In this document: piece after piece, positions 12,630-45,307 of the stretch
How positions within the stretch are numbered: position 1 is the stretch's first letter
Layout of the letters: each line of letters begins with the position of its first letter
DNA from: Schmidtea polychroa
Lineage: Eukaryota
Direction of reading: 5' to 3'
NCBI GenBank assembly: GCA_044892525.1
Contig: CM097885.1
Span: 2,048,001-2,112,000 of the forward strand
Length of the DNA stretch: 64,000 nt
The notes under the pieces: generated by a model
Told to the model about the DNA's origin: nothing
What the model saw: only the letters and a program-made list of their open reading frames with translations
Databases searched by the model: none
Program-made: the position numbers and the translations under genes

Positions 12630-13629
12630 ATCTAAATCAAATACCTCCTGTAAATCTGGTAATGATGTTAAAAAATATCTTGAACGACAAAGAGAAATAA
12701 AATGTGCTCGGTTCAGTTTAAAAATGAATACAGGAAAAAGAAGCCGTTTTTCAAAGATTTTAGAAGATTTTTACAATGCACTGGAAAAAGGAGATGAAAT
12801 TGACCGTGCCTCATAACAGAAATAGTGTGATATCGAGGAATCATTCAAGAATCAGCGCTGACTGTCATCATCTTACCTACGATGCAAGTTTCAGTAGACC
12901 GTTTATTTTCAGCGTTAAAAAGTTTTCTTTAATTTTTAATGAATATTGTTAGGAGATACCTATTATATTTGTGTGTGTTATATTTATTTTGTGTATTATA
13001 TATTTGTTGATGAGTGCGTGTGTCTGTTAGGAAAATTTGATGAACCCGAAAGAGTCTCCGTTAAAAATTGTGGCGGGACAATCGGGGTGCGTGTGTATCT
13101 GCGTGCTTATGAAACCCTTATGAAATTAATAATAAATCAACGATAACAGATGCAAAAATATCAAATTTTATTAAATAAAATTAATTAAGAGACCTTGTTT
13201 TTTCTTTTTCTTTGAATAGCAACACTTATTCTGTTTATTATTTGGGTATAGTTGACGATTGAATATCCTGTTTATTATTTGGATATAGTAGACGATGGAA
13301 TATTCTGGTTATTATTTGGAATATTGTAGACGATGGAATATTCTGGTTATTTGAATTAGAAATATACAAGTTATTCAAAAAATTTTTAATTCAAGTTATT
13401 GATTTTTTTTTTGGTAATCCATTTTCTATAGCGATAATTTACTATGGTAAATTATCGCTATATAGTTTATTTTTTAAAAAAAAGGGTAAAAAAACCTTCT
13501 CCACATGCAACGTGCAGAATTGTTATTTACATTCGGACCATACAACTAACAAACCAAAAAAATAAGGAATTACAATACATTACAAATATATTTACTTTTT
13601 TATTTATATTATAAATGTTATACCTAGAC

Positions 13630-14077
13630 CAGGGGTGGGGAACATATTTATTTCCATAGGCCACATTGAAATTTGTCGCCTCCAAATGGGGCCGCAGTCA
13701 AAAAGTATTTTAAAATTAATTAATTTTATTTTAAATCTTTTGTTTATAATCAGTCTCCAGATTTGAAAAATGCATCTGTACAAATTGTTCTTGAAACTTT
13801 TTATTATTTCTGAATCGAAAAATTGATTCGAATAAGTCATCATTTCACAATTGAGTGCTCAATAATCTTAATTTTTCGTCTATATACGTTTTGTATTTAT
13901 GAGTGTGAATGGTTGAATTTTATATTTATAAAGTACGATATATACAGTTCAGTAGTTACAAGTATTTTTATTTGTAAATCATCAAAATTCATGGTTTTAT
14001 ATGAATTAAGATTTATTTCGATAAGGCTCCGAAGGTCGCACATTAGGCTCCGGGAGGCCGCAGCTTCCCCACCCCTG
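13630..14077. mobile_element. hAT-type MITE
   Basis: TIR CAGGGGTGGGGAA / TTCCCCACCCCTG; TSD acctagac/acctagat. Confidence 0.8.
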
Positions 14078-15964
14078 ACCTAGATCATTATCAATAAATC
14101 AATATAAATAATTTAGGTAGGTATAGGAAATAAAAATCATAGTCGGGGTCTAAGCCAATTTTATTTATTTTTTTTAATTATTATAAGAACTTTTTTCAAT
14201 TTTCACCACTGATTTCTTTTCCATTGACATTGTATTTATTACAAAGCTTGACTATGAATCAGTAAATATATCGATGTTTTTGATATTCACTATTTCAAAT
14301 GCAGGTTTTTTTTAGATTTTATCATTGAATTAAATAAAATCTATACTTTATTTTGATTTTTTCTTATTATATTGTGATGAATGCATTGTTAAAAAATTAA
14401 ATTAAATCAATTATTTTGGTGACATCAAAATATGGAATAGAAAATAAAATTGTTTTAATAATATCTATATATTTAAAAATAAATTTTTCAAGTTACGTGT
14501 TTTTCTTATTCAGTTTATTTCTTATTTCCCATTTGATATCATGGCATCGAATCAGCAGCATGTGCGCATTCTGAGTCGCAAAGGTGGAGAACAAACGATT
14601 CGAACAAAAACATATTTGTGTATTTATTTAATTATTTGTTTGAATATTAATTTAAGCGTTTCCTTGAATATTTGTTTGAATAAGTTATCAGTTGGATAAA
14701 ATATTATAATGGAATAATTCATTCACTTAGAGATTCCATAATCCTTTAAAGATTTCTTACAAGTGGAAGCCATATTAAGCAATCCTGAAATAATACGAAT
14801 CCTCAATGTCTTGAAAGAACTTGGTGCTGGGAAACTATTTGCCCATCTCAGAAAGGGAATAATATCAACGAATTTATAGAAAGATTAAAAACTGTCGGTT
14901 TCACAATATTTGCGGGCTCAGCATTGGAAAGTGGCGCTACACGGAGAAATATTGTCCTATTGTGCTCATCATTTATTTCCCATTTTACTCGATATTTTAT
15001 AATAAAACAGTTTTAGGATGATGAAAATATGAATTAAAATTTTTTATTAAATTTTATTATTAATTTTTTATTAATTAAAATTTTTATTAACTTTTTAATA
15101 AATTTTTTTTTTTTTATTTTTTAATTATTTTTGTTTTGTAAGTTGAAATATGTTCTGTTCAATTTTTTATCCATTGAAATTTATCGGGTCGTTTGAGCTT
15201 CGATGCAAGTACTCGAGGTTGGGTACCCTTGAATGGTGTCAGGCAATGATGTTGTAATTTATTGAGAATTCAATGCCAATTGTTCTCAGTGTTTCTGTAT
15301 TGAGTTCATTACTAAATAAAACTAGAACTTCATTAGGAATTCTGGATGAGGGAGGAAAAGGTGGGGAGGTGGAGGGGGGTAAATGAACCACAGACCAGAA
15401 CCAATCTCATACAAATGAAAATTCAGCAAATTAACAAGAACATTTTGTAAGCTGTCAAAATAAATCACGATCACCTATTGAGACAAGAATTTCAATTACT
15501 GAAAATTAAGTGAGAATATTAAAAATTTATAAGATTGTGACAAATAGAGCGAATATCCCAATTAGTGCCGAGCTAGAAATAGACAAGTAGACCACATCAA
15601 CATATCAACGGTTCTAGTTAATTACTTTCCCCTCGGTCTATGGCACTTAGCAATCTACAATATTGCCCAGTCATGTTTCTGCCAGTTTTCCCAACATTAA
15701 CTGCCGCTTAATTCGGCTTTCGGATTTCTCTCCCCTCTGTCGGAATTGATACAGAGTTTTCATTTCTTTGCTAGATCGGCCGTTGATTGACAGACGATAA
15801 TGAGACAATTGTTAGGAGGGGGTAAGGTAAGCATTTTGTCTCTAGATCAAGTTTTTATCAGTCAGATACGGCCAGCTAATTATTTGCTTTTACTTTAAAT
15901 ATATCTATAAATTATTCGCACTTTAACCACAATAATTTATAATTAATAGATATCATAATTGTAT

Positions 15965-16419
<455 letters not shown>

Positions 16420-16420
<1 letters not shown>

Positions 16421-17585
16421 GAAAATTATATTAACTAATTATATTAAAATATAACATTGTTATATATTGCGACCGTTTAGCAGTCTTCTTCAGGCTAAGA
16501 ATCGTATTAATATCAACTAAATAAGAATAAGAATATTCAAACAAATTAATAAATAATAATCGTAATCAAATTGTATCAAACTAAAAAATATTTTAATAAA
16601 ATTTTGAAAGGTATTTTACTAATCATATAAAAATTATTTTAATTTAAAAAACGCACAAAATTGTTAACATTCTCATACAAAATACTTTTTTTAAATTAAT
16701 ATCAAAAATAAATTTAAATTTAAAAATTTAAAAATTAAAAATTGTTTTTATACAAAAAATTTTAACAAACAACAACATCATCTCAAATATTAAATATACA
16801 AGTTAAATTATTTAAATACATTCAAAATCGCTGTAGACTGGGCACTTTGAATATTAATTATATATATATATAATTAATGATCCGATTAGCAACGTATAAA
16901 TGGTGTATAAATGCTTCTGTTTTAAAATTATCGAACAAATATGATAGCCATATGAAGCAATTAAATAATTTAATGAGATTATATGGTATTTATAAATTTG
17001 ATGTTAAGGATACTATGTTAAATATGATCAAATTTATTTTATCGAAGAAGAGGAATGGGCGTTGTAATTCGGTCCTAATCAATGTATTATATGATTGTAT
17101 TATTGATATGTGTGTGTGTGTATGGGGGGGGGGTGTAATAGGGATATTGATAATAACTATGTGAAAATTTGTTGAATGTTTGCACTACTGATTATGTTAA
17201 TAAAAATAAAAAACAGGATATTAAGTAAGATTTTGAATGTATTTAAATAATTTAACTTGTATATTTAATATTTGATATCATGTTGTTGTTTGTCAAAATC
17301 TTTTCTATAAAAATAATTTGAAATAATTTGTAATTTTTAAATTTATTTTTTATATATTAACAATTTTGTCCGTTTATAAAATTAAAAATATTCTTTTTAA
17401 AATTTTATTAAATATCTTTTTGATAAAATTTGATTACGATTATTAATTGTTAATTTGCTTAAATATTATTATTTTCATTTAGTTGTGATTAATATGATTC
17501 TTGGCGTGAAGAAGGCTGTTAGCGCGGTTGCAATATATAACAGTGTTATATTTTAATATACTTAGTTGCCTATTTTCTATTATAG
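16420..17585. repeat. Diverged ~400-bp inverted repeat pair between two (TAT)n tracts
   Basis: ~16420-16829 is reverse-complementary to ~17229-17585 (for example aatatacaagttaaattatttaaatacattcaaaatc vs gattttgaatgtatttaaataatttaacttgtatatt). Confidence 0.8.
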
Positions 17586-17606
17586 AAACTTTGCTTTCGT
17601 TCTTTG

Positions 17607-17762
<156 letters not shown>

Positions 17763-18324
17763 TTTAATCAATGCTGCCACCAATTAATCATCACTTTATA
17801 CTTATTGCCATTATTATTATCATCATTTTTATTATTATAATTTTATTCTTTTTAAATTTAAAAAAATATTGTATGAAATTGTATTCTTTACAAATTTTGA
17901 TTGAATAATTTTCGTTTTACTCTGAAATAAATTAATTTAATTTATTTATCTCTTGTTCAAAAGTCTGAATGAGGAATCCAAAAAAGTTAATTAATAAGGA
18001 AATCAGAGGGAAATGAAATTGGGTTGGATTTAAAGTGAGTTTGTAAGGTGGTAAAGTTGAGTTTTATTTTATAGAAATAATGGAAACCTTTCTAGAAATT
18101 ACTGGGACACAGCCAGGGTTTTGTCAGTTAGAGGGGAGTGTTTCAGGGTTCGAGCTTTTCCCTTAGTTCTTTTCCGAGATCCTTGCGCATGACTAGGACT
18201 ACATTAATTATTTGTAAAATAATTATTAAAAAATAATTAAAAACCACAGTGACCTTCAACTGACCTTAAATGACCTTGAAATGACATCAATAGGCTTAAA
18301 ATAGCCTTATAAATCATTAAAATC

Positions 18325-18395
<71 letters not shown>

Positions 18396-19896
18396 TAAAA
18401 ATAAAAGATAATCATAAATTTATAATATGTGCTTGTTATGGGATAAATAATTGGGGGGGGGGGGGGGGGATATTTCATTATTTCACTAGGCTCAGATTAT
18501 GAGGAAATAAAAATTATCAATTAAATTGATTAGATATTAAATATCCAATTAGAATCGATTAAACATTATTTGTTTTAATTATCGATTTTTTAAATTAAAA
18601 TAAAATTGTAATTTAATTAACATATATTTGTGAAAATTATTTCGAAAAAATTTCCCTTTTCAATTTTTAGAGATTTCCACAAAATTTTCATTGGAGAAAA
18701 ATTTGATATGACAGATCCTTTGATAGACAATTTGTTGTAATTAACATTCAAGGTTTTGATTAGGCATTCTCCATAGTTATCCCCCCTCTCTGTTGACGAG
18801 TTTGGAAATTTGATGAGAGTCTCGTTTCGCTTTCGTCTGTCTCAACTGCAGTTTCATTTGCTATCCAAATAGAATTGTTGGGACTTAGAACTTGAATTTC
18901 AGAAGAAAATTAATAAATTCCTCATGTAGACTCCATGAGATAATTTCGGTGGGAGGAGGGATTATTGCAATATCTTCATTTGTTTGTGGGAAACAAATTA
19001 TTTTTCATCCATTGCAATTCCATGAGCTGTTTATTGGTTAGTGAAAATAATTTCAATTTTTATTAATTTGTTTTAATCATTAATTTTCAAGTGCTATTTT
19101 TAACTTGAATATATTTCCCCCTAAGTAATACATTGCCGATGCTACGTTGGTGTTATTTCATTCAAAACAAGTCACCGGTGGAACGTATTTGATTGGGTTA
19201 TTAGACGTATTGTTAGAAAATTTAACGTATATTCATCAAAAACATTTATTTTTAATTACAATTATAATTAATAACGTATTATAAACATAACTTTTTGTGA
19301 ACCATTTTTGAAAATGTATTTCTACCAAATATTCATAATTATATCCAATGGATTTATTACATCATATCCAAATGCCAATGTTTCCTGCTGAGAATTTATG
19401 AAATGTTACCCTAAATATAGATAACCTAAAGATAGATTAATGAGAAATCATTAAAACTGATTTTTTGGTAAATCAATAATATCAATTTGTAGAAGAGATA
19501 ACTGCTAATCGAATGAGCAATAAATCTTTGTAAATCACCGAGAGGTTTTCTGTGAAATTAACAAAGACAAATATTTTAATTGGGGATCAAATAAATTTCT
19601 TAGTTGGTGGGGGTACTAAGGGGTAAAATGTTTGTGTTTTAATATATGGGGTAATTATTCTGTTCGATATACCTTCCCCATTGGGTGGGGGATTTTGAAT
19701 TACGGGCTTGGAACGTACTATTATAATATTAATTCACTTTTGCATATATTACTGGTATGTAATTATATATAAGTGGGGGGAAGGGGTGTTCAGGACCAGA
19801 AGGTTCTATTTGACTCCATTCTTCGGCCATTTGAGAACGGGAGAAAGCTTTAATGAAATTCAAAAATAAATATAATTATTATCTTTATTATCATAA

Positions 19897-37070
<17,174 letters not shown>

Positions 37071-37680
37071 AGTGAACCGTTTATTTTGACACTAGTGCAA
37101 ATCGCAAGCCGTTTAATTGTTTCACTAGTTGCAGTTAATATAATTGATGTAATAAAACAAATGCTAGATTTATAATTACCGATGAAAACAAAACGGACAA
37201 GTAATATCTATGTGAGACAGACGCGTCAAACGCAAGGCATTCAAGCAGAATTGATAGGCAGCATGAAGCAAGAATGAGAAATTTTCTCCAGTCGCATTGC
37301 GATTCTTTGGCAGTCTTTAAAATGGAACTTCGACACGTTTGGAAATTCTGGATATTAGTTATCTCTAACAAAATCTTTTAAGGAAAGATAGATAAAAAAT
37401 AATTTTTAGTTGAAAAATTTAATTTTTATGTAAAATTCTCCCATTATTTGAAAGCCAATCGAAAATTTGAACTAGAGTTTCCAAAAATCCAGGGGCTCAG
37501 CTATTTTGTTAACGGCCTTGAAAGCATTACCAAAGCATTACCTCATCCCTGCTTTCTATACCAGATCCATCGTAACATTCTATAGCCATTTCCACTTGAA
37601 TTATCGAGAATCACTTTCCTCTATTTTCAAAGTCATTTGCTCTTTCCATCTACTTACTTATGTACAATTCCTATTCTTAA

Positions 37681-37855
37681 CTCTTTCGTTGCTATGTCGG
37701 TAAATATACGTTTTGAAATTTTGTAATTTGCAACTGTTGTGTGCTACTGTCACAAATCTAGCCCAATAGCTACTCTTATATCGGTTCAATTTACAGATTT
37801 ACTATCGTCGCATAGAGATAGTGCTCGCTCGTTCTTTAACTTCATAGCGAAAGGG
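37681..37855. mobile_element. Small TTAA-flanked MITE
   Basis: ttaa-ctctttcg(tt)gctatg ... catagcgaaaggg-ttaa. Confidence 0.5.
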
Positions 37856-37992
37856 TTAATGAACAGTTTATATCAGTCCTTCCTAGTGTTATCAGGATTA
37901 AATTAATATTTAATTCATATATTATAGTTTAAAAGTTTTTATTGTGGACTGTAGTGCAGTGCTTTATGATATTATTTTTTTTGGAATTGCAC

Positions 37993-38176
37993 CGTATTTT
38001 AGCGAATATAGTGCGCTCCCCTGGATAGTGCGCACCTAAATTTCGCGCTCGATTTGGAAAAAAAGTTTGAAAAATACCGTACTTTAGCGAATTTTGACCT
38101 GTCTTATATAATGCGCATCGGTATTTTAGAAAAAAATACACAAAAAAAAGTGCGCACTATAATCGCTAAAATACGG
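37993..38176. mobile_element. pogo/Tigger-like MITE
   Basis: TIR CCGTATTTTAGCGA-TATAGTGCGC / GCGCACTATA-TCGCTAAAATACGG followed by TA. Confidence 0.75.
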
Positions 38177-40190
38177 TAATTAAAATAATAATGTATGATT
38201 ACATTTATCATTATGTACAGTATAAATAAAAAAAATAAAAAAACTATATAGTGATAATTTACTATAGCGAATTATCACTATAGAAAGATTTAAAACACAA
38301 ATAACAAAATCGACAAAAAAATTAATATAAAAAGAAGCAGAAAGCTAAACAAAATTTCAAAAGAAAATTAAAGGAAAATAAGAACTATTTTGTCTATTTT
38401 ATTTGTTTGAAATTTTTTCTATTTTGTGTATATGAACTATTGTAAATTATTTTTAATTGATCTTAATCAAGTTATCTAATCTTTTCATTGTCATTTATTT
38501 TTTATATCACATATCAAATACACAAGCACCCCAGTTGTCCTGAGACAAATTTTACTGGTGACTCTGCTGAGTTCTTCAAATTTCTTTATACAGCATATAT
38601 AACATGTATATACATTGACGATAACATAATAACTGTATATATATAATTATAACACGTATATACATAAGAGCCCATAACATGGACAATTTAAAATTAACAT
38701 CATTTTAAATTGTTTCAATAATACTTATATTTTTTGGAATATAGATTTTTGGACTATTTCTTATTTTATAATAAGAAGAAATATTATGAACCATTTAATT
38801 AGTATAGATTATTATTATCATTATTATAATAATTATTACCGGTGGCAGCTCGCAAGGCTGCAGTAATCCCACCAAAATGAAAACACTTAAATTATTATAG
38901 CTATTGCATTACTATACAATTATTTTACAAAAACATAATTTTTCATTTTGTAGTTTATTTATTTTTATTACTTCATTTTGCGCAATGATATAATCTTATA
39001 AAATCTGTGTAAAAATACATTATTATGTTACTCTTGCTTTATTAAAGACTTAAAAACCATTGATAATGAAAACTGTATAATAATAACTTTTCATGATGTA
39101 TATCAAAATGTCATGTCTTGTTACTCATTTCTTAAACAAACAACAAAAATCATTTGAATATTCACACTTGGTTTGAATGCGCATTCAGTTCATATGTTTA
39201 TCATCGCTGTCGATTTTTGCTGTATGACGTTTGTTGTTTCATAATTGCGCTGTCACACTCTTACAGTGTTCATTGAGTGTACCCCATCCATTTCACCATC
39301 ACCTTATAAACAGTCAAAATTCAGAATCATAACCATAACCATTCTTTCACAGAATCATAACCATAAAGGCAATGAATGATAACAGTGATTAAACTAAAAA
39401 TGATAACGATAAATGTGATGAGGAACAATTATCGAAGGCTAATAATAATGGGGATTTGAAGGACAGTGATAGCTAAAACTTCAAAACACCCTTCAGCGTA
39501 CGTTGAACTTATTGCAAAGTATTTCATATGACGAATGGCTGGATATGAATATAAATGGTGACAACTCTATCGCTTGTGTTTTAGCCAGAAAATCCACAAT
39601 GAAATTAAAAATAAAACTCCTCTCACTAGTATTTCTGGAGCTATCATCATTTTGTGCTTTCGTGCAACCTTGGAGTGTCAAAGACCTGATAAAGAAACTG
39701 TTTCTAGGACTTAGGTGTGACTCTTATGTGACCCGAATAATAGGTATTTGGTTATTGAATCTGATATACCTTTCGAGATTTTCCGAACGAGAGTGTGATT
39801 CGTCTGATATGTGGTGGAACACCTTTGCGACTTGCTCCACAGTTATATTTCAGATCATTATTGTTTGCCCACCTCTTTGGCACTACCTCAAAATGGATGA
39901 AATGTCTATATTTATCACAATGATCTATAAAACTGAACAATATTTTTTATTAAATAAAGCCTTATTGGTGCTAGATGACAGAGGACGGATCATCGAAAAC
40001 TATATATATATATATATACGGTGTCCGTAGAGATTTCGACCGGTAGCGAGCCAGGACATCCTGACAAAATGACCACAAAATCACCACCTCTTTATTTTTA
40101 TTAACTATTACTCAGATCTAATCTTGAGGAGGTCTACTCTTGATTTTATATAAATCTTTCTACCTTCTTTTGTTTTAATCAATTAGCACC

Positions 40191-40824
40191 ATGACTACTC
40201 CAGTGAAGCCTTGCTACTCCTGCGAAGAAAAAAATTGTCAGTGTCAAGCAGAAGGAAGAGATCCGGCTTCTCCAGGAAAAGATAGATCGATTGGAGAGGA
40301 CATGGTTCGACCCTCCCCAGATGAATAAAAAAAGCTGTACCGCTTTGAACACTGTAGAGACAGCCTCGTTGCAAGAATAGCCACGAGCGCTCCATTCCAT
40401 CTTCAAAAACAAGGAGTTGGCATCCTGAATTATCGAGTTTAAGAATCTTAGCAATAATATGATCATCTCGGTCCATCATCTCGAACCTAAATCTCTCGCC
40501 CCTCCCGCTTGCCTTGGCTGCTCAACACCAACACCTTTGGTTCTAGTCCCGGTCCCCTCAATATCATCAGGAACCCAGCAGCCGGCACCGATTATTGACC
40601 TGCGCACACCTGTTCTGGAAAAGTCTCGGCGGAAGATCCTTACCTAGGCCGATCGAAATAATAGAAAATGTGCTCGTCAGCTGGCCGAAGCGGCTCACTC
40701 TGAGTATCCTTTTGGCCCACCCACTCCTACGAAAGAGATGGCCGAGGAAGTCCCATCCCTCGAATTTTCCAATGAATTCGATCTGTACACTCTATTAGCC
40801 GAAATCGAAAATGACGGGTGGTGA
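40191..40824 (+). pseudogene. Frameshifted homolog of the 44558-45307 ORF
   Basis: Manual translation PVKPCYSCEEK..EKIDRLERTWFDPPQM..EHCRDSL..EFDLYTLLAE aligns with RPCFSCSDK..KIDELEGTWFSPTQM..EHCRDAL..FFDLEDLLAD. Confidence 0.75.
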
Positions 40825-41520
40825 CAGTCTAGGTCCTTTTCTCAGGAGATTCCATCATTTCATCTTTGTGAATATTTGTTTTTGTTTTAGTGTCATGCTT
40901 CTTCATGTATGATTATATCATTATTATGAATATTGGCATTAAAATTTTATTGTGTTGTTATTTCCTACTAGAATCAGATTTCTATCGGAGTATTGTCAAT
41001 GTAATAGTATTAGCCACCCAAAGGTAGTAAGGGATAAATTCAACGTAAGTCCTTCGATCGGCCGTCTAGACCCCGTCAGAAATATTATGGGGAAATAGTG
41101 TTAAGATAGGCGCTCACCTGACTTGTAATTTTTAACCGACGTTCAGAAGTACCATCAGCTTCAAAACTATTAGAAAATCTTTAGTAATTGTCCATAAATG
41201 AATTAGCATTTTGTTTTGATTAAGAAGACCGAAACTCAGTTTTGTTATTATATCGTCACTATTCAACTATTTTCCTTTTACGTAAGTCCTTCATTCGGCA
41301 GTCCAGAACCCTCATAGAAAGCCCAATAAGGAGTAGTTTTAGTAAAAGAGTTTATCTGCTCATTGACTCTCAATTATTATGTACTTTACCAAAATGCTTA
41401 TTGCCATGGGTACATAGATGCGATATGAAACAATCATGAAAAAGTGTTTGTAGAGATATTTCTCCGTGTAGACAGTGTATCTCGTGTATTCGCCTTCATT
41501 TTTCTTTCACAGAACGCCAA

Positions 41521-42333
<813 letters not shown>

Positions 42334-44557
42334 TTGTATCAATCATTCGGTAAGGATTTTTGATTGCTTATTTTGAATTTTTAAGTAATGCGTATAGTTT
42401 AATAATATTTTTAATTTAAAAAAAAATGGTTTTTTTCTTTTCGTTTGATTTTAGAATGCTTTACTTAAATTAATAATTTGCTTGATAATAAATGATTTGC
42501 TCGTTAAGAATTATTGATCTTTTATGAATTAATTTTTATGAATTATTGGAGACTATTCAATTTTGCGAGAAACGTGGCGTTGAGATACTCTATGTCATGG
42601 TGTGAGGTGCCTTCGGGAGCTCCACCGGTGGACATAGGGTATTTCAATCACGCAGCTAGATTGGGCCGAAATGTGAGGGCTTCTTCACGGGTCCAATTGC
42701 TGAAGGTGCGACTAAAATCTATAGGTAAATGGTGGCAGAAAATTGATAGTCATGTAGTGATTGAAAACAAAGATATGTAATAAAGGAATCGGAGGATTTT
42801 GATGTGTTCGCGCAGTGATTGAGGGTGTCACACTATCGTCTTCGAATATCGTTTTTTGGCTAAGCAAAAATTCTCTCTATCATCAATGTAAGTTGTGCGT
42901 CAAGAATTGTTCAAACCATAGTGAGGCTATCTGTGACATATCTTCGATGTTCAGACTTTTCACTCAGAATCTGTTCCGACCAATTGTTAGCCTAAGACCT
43001 TTTGAACTGTTATTCCGTTCATCTAAAAGTTCTCTTACAGACATAGTTGCAAGGGAGTTCAAGGTAGATTGCTTCAGACAAGTATTAGGATTTCTCGAAA
43101 TGACTGCTTGTAAATAAATGGTAGAACCATGTAAAATGATTTAATCCAAAAAGTTATTCAGAATTGCATAAAACGAGTTTGTTCCAAATAAAAGTTTAAA
43201 TTACATAAATGATTTGCTATAATAAATTTTTAGAATTATATATAAAAGAATTTACATACAATTAATTACCATAATTACATAAACTATTAGCATCAAATAA
43301 TTTAACAATGAAAAATGCAACCAATTCGAGCCAAGAAAAATATATTTCTTCAAGTTAGCCGATGATCTTGTTAATTAAATATAAAATTCCAGTATTTCAT
43401 GGGGTTGGCAATCCAGCAGGGATAGGAAAAATCCTCCAGCACTTAGAGAGTAGATTGATAAACTAGGTTTGAGGAATTAAAGACGAAAAATCCACCCTTG
43501 GAGCAAGCTATATCCAACATTTGCAATACAGATGATAAAAATTTTTCCAATAATCCGGTGAGAATTGGTAAATCATCACCATATGCAGGAGAATTGTGAG
43601 TGATTACGCGATAGATAAAATTCTGAGAAAATGCCATCATGCAAACATTTAACACCTACATTTGTAGCATAATTAAGTGTGTGAAAACGCCCCTTGCATG
43701 CGTCACCAGTTGCAGACATACCTACACACCGAGAAACTCCAGACCGAACATACCAGGTGGAGTTTCTATTAACTAATTAAACTACCGATAAGTATCGGAT
43801 TTCACCGCTCCAGATTAATAGTCAACCACCGGGCTGACAGTTCCTTATCTACCTAGCAGGAATGGTCGGCTTCTAGCTCACATTGATACCGTGCTCGGTT
43901 ATCATAAAGACAATATTTTTTAATGATAAACCCCGATCATAATTATGATTATTCTCTCTTTATTATCTTAGCATGAATGGCATAGAAATTATTTCATTTT
44001 GACATAATTATCATTAACACCAACATCGAATATGATTAAATAAATATTATTTAAACCAGGTAAAATACACATGTGAGTAAACAGAGGGAATGAATAAATA
44101 ATTAAAAAATTAAATGACCTTCCGTTTATCCTGTAGGAACTAATCAACAGACATTATGGACCCCCTTTTCCGTAAATAGTCAACCGACCCCAGTATATGA
44201 TACATGCATCAAAATCACTCGTTCGGGGGGAGAAGTCAACAATTCAACTCGATTCTCAATAAACGTGAAATAATGACTTCAAGCGGATTAAATAAATAAT
44301 CATTTTCATCGACCTAGAATTTCTCTCACTAATGGTAATATCTTCCTTTCCTTGCGCGAAATCTGGTTTGATCGATTTATCTTCTTATGACTAAAGATTC
44401 AAAAGATATGAGGATCCATCGTGCAGTGGAACTTGTCTTGACTAGTAAACCCATATTTTTGTCTATGATCAGTAAGGTATGACGGTGGTCGGATGGTGAC
44501 ACTCCCGCTGATTTAATTATTTTCATTTTTTCATTTTCTTTTTCACAGTCGCTCAAA

Positions 44558-45307
44558 ATGTTGCCAAATTCCAAGCCCGTTCTTCGACCTTGTTTTTCTT
44601 GCTCCGACAAGAATTCGATTATCAAAGAGCTCCAGGCCCAAATCGGAAAGCACAAAAGAAAGATAGATGAGTTAGAGGGGACATGGTTTAGTCCCACCCA
44701 GATGAAGGAGGTTCAGAAGAAGCTGCACCGAAGCGAGCACTGTAGAGACGCGTTGATTTCCGAGAGTCGGGCGCAGAGGAGCCTGATAAAAGAGCAGTCG
44801 GAGGCGCTGCACAAATTATACGTCCAGGCAGCAACTACAAGGAAAATCGCGAAGATCCCAATTAATGAAGCCAGCAATCTTTTCCCAGCGCATCATGATA
44901 TCTCTGGCGGATCTTCTTCTCCAGTCGGAAAGTCCTGCCATGGGTGCGTAGAGACCGAGCTCTCACCTAAAGAACCAGAAATCATCTTTACCGGAACCAG
45001 TAAAGTGCTACCTGCGATAGCGTCCACCTCCGTAGCACCCCCGATCAATCCAACGGCATCGAAGCCAAAGCGTCGGCAATTATCGAGAGCCGAACGCAAA
45101 AAGAAACAGCGGGAACGCGTAACCGCCAAACAGAACCAGCAATCGTCGGATCATCCCATCAAAGTCATCAACCCTCCTGCAGCAATCGATTTAGCATCAG
45201 TGATCCCAGGGCGAATCATCTCCGCCGCTGGTGTTACCTGGGAGGAAAATGCCTCTGAATTTTTCGATTTGGAAGATCTATTGGCAGACTCAGAGTGGGA
45301 GAAATGA
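44558..45307 (+). CDS. Hypothetical 249-aa protein (CxxC, coiled coil, basic NLS-like stretch, acidic-aromatic C-terminus), probably encoded by a mobile element
   Basis: Intact GC-elevated ORF; putative 5'-UTR intron (GT ~44477 to ttttcacAG 44549); degraded paralog at 40191. Confidence 0.65.
   Translation: MLPNSKPVLRPCFSCSDKNSIIKELQAQIGKHKRKIDELEGTWFSPTQMKEVQKKLHRSEHCRDALISESRAQRSLIKEQSEALHKLYVQAATTRKIAKIPINEASNLFPAHHDISGGSSSPVGKSCHGCVETELSPKEPEIIFTGTSKVLPAIASTSVAPPINPTASKPKRRQLSRAERKKKQRERVTAKQNQQSSDHPIKVINPPAAIDLASVIPGRIISAAGVTWEENASEFFDLEDLLADSEWEK

Noticed and set aside
18250..18280. Three TGACCTT motifs resembling the Maverick array in reverse
   Set aside because: Too few copies and no other Maverick sequence nearby
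39503..40030. 175-aa ORF, and ORFs at 42514-43117 and 43443-43655
   Set aside because: Mostly non-ATG starts and no recognisable motifs; probably decayed parts of the unclassified element
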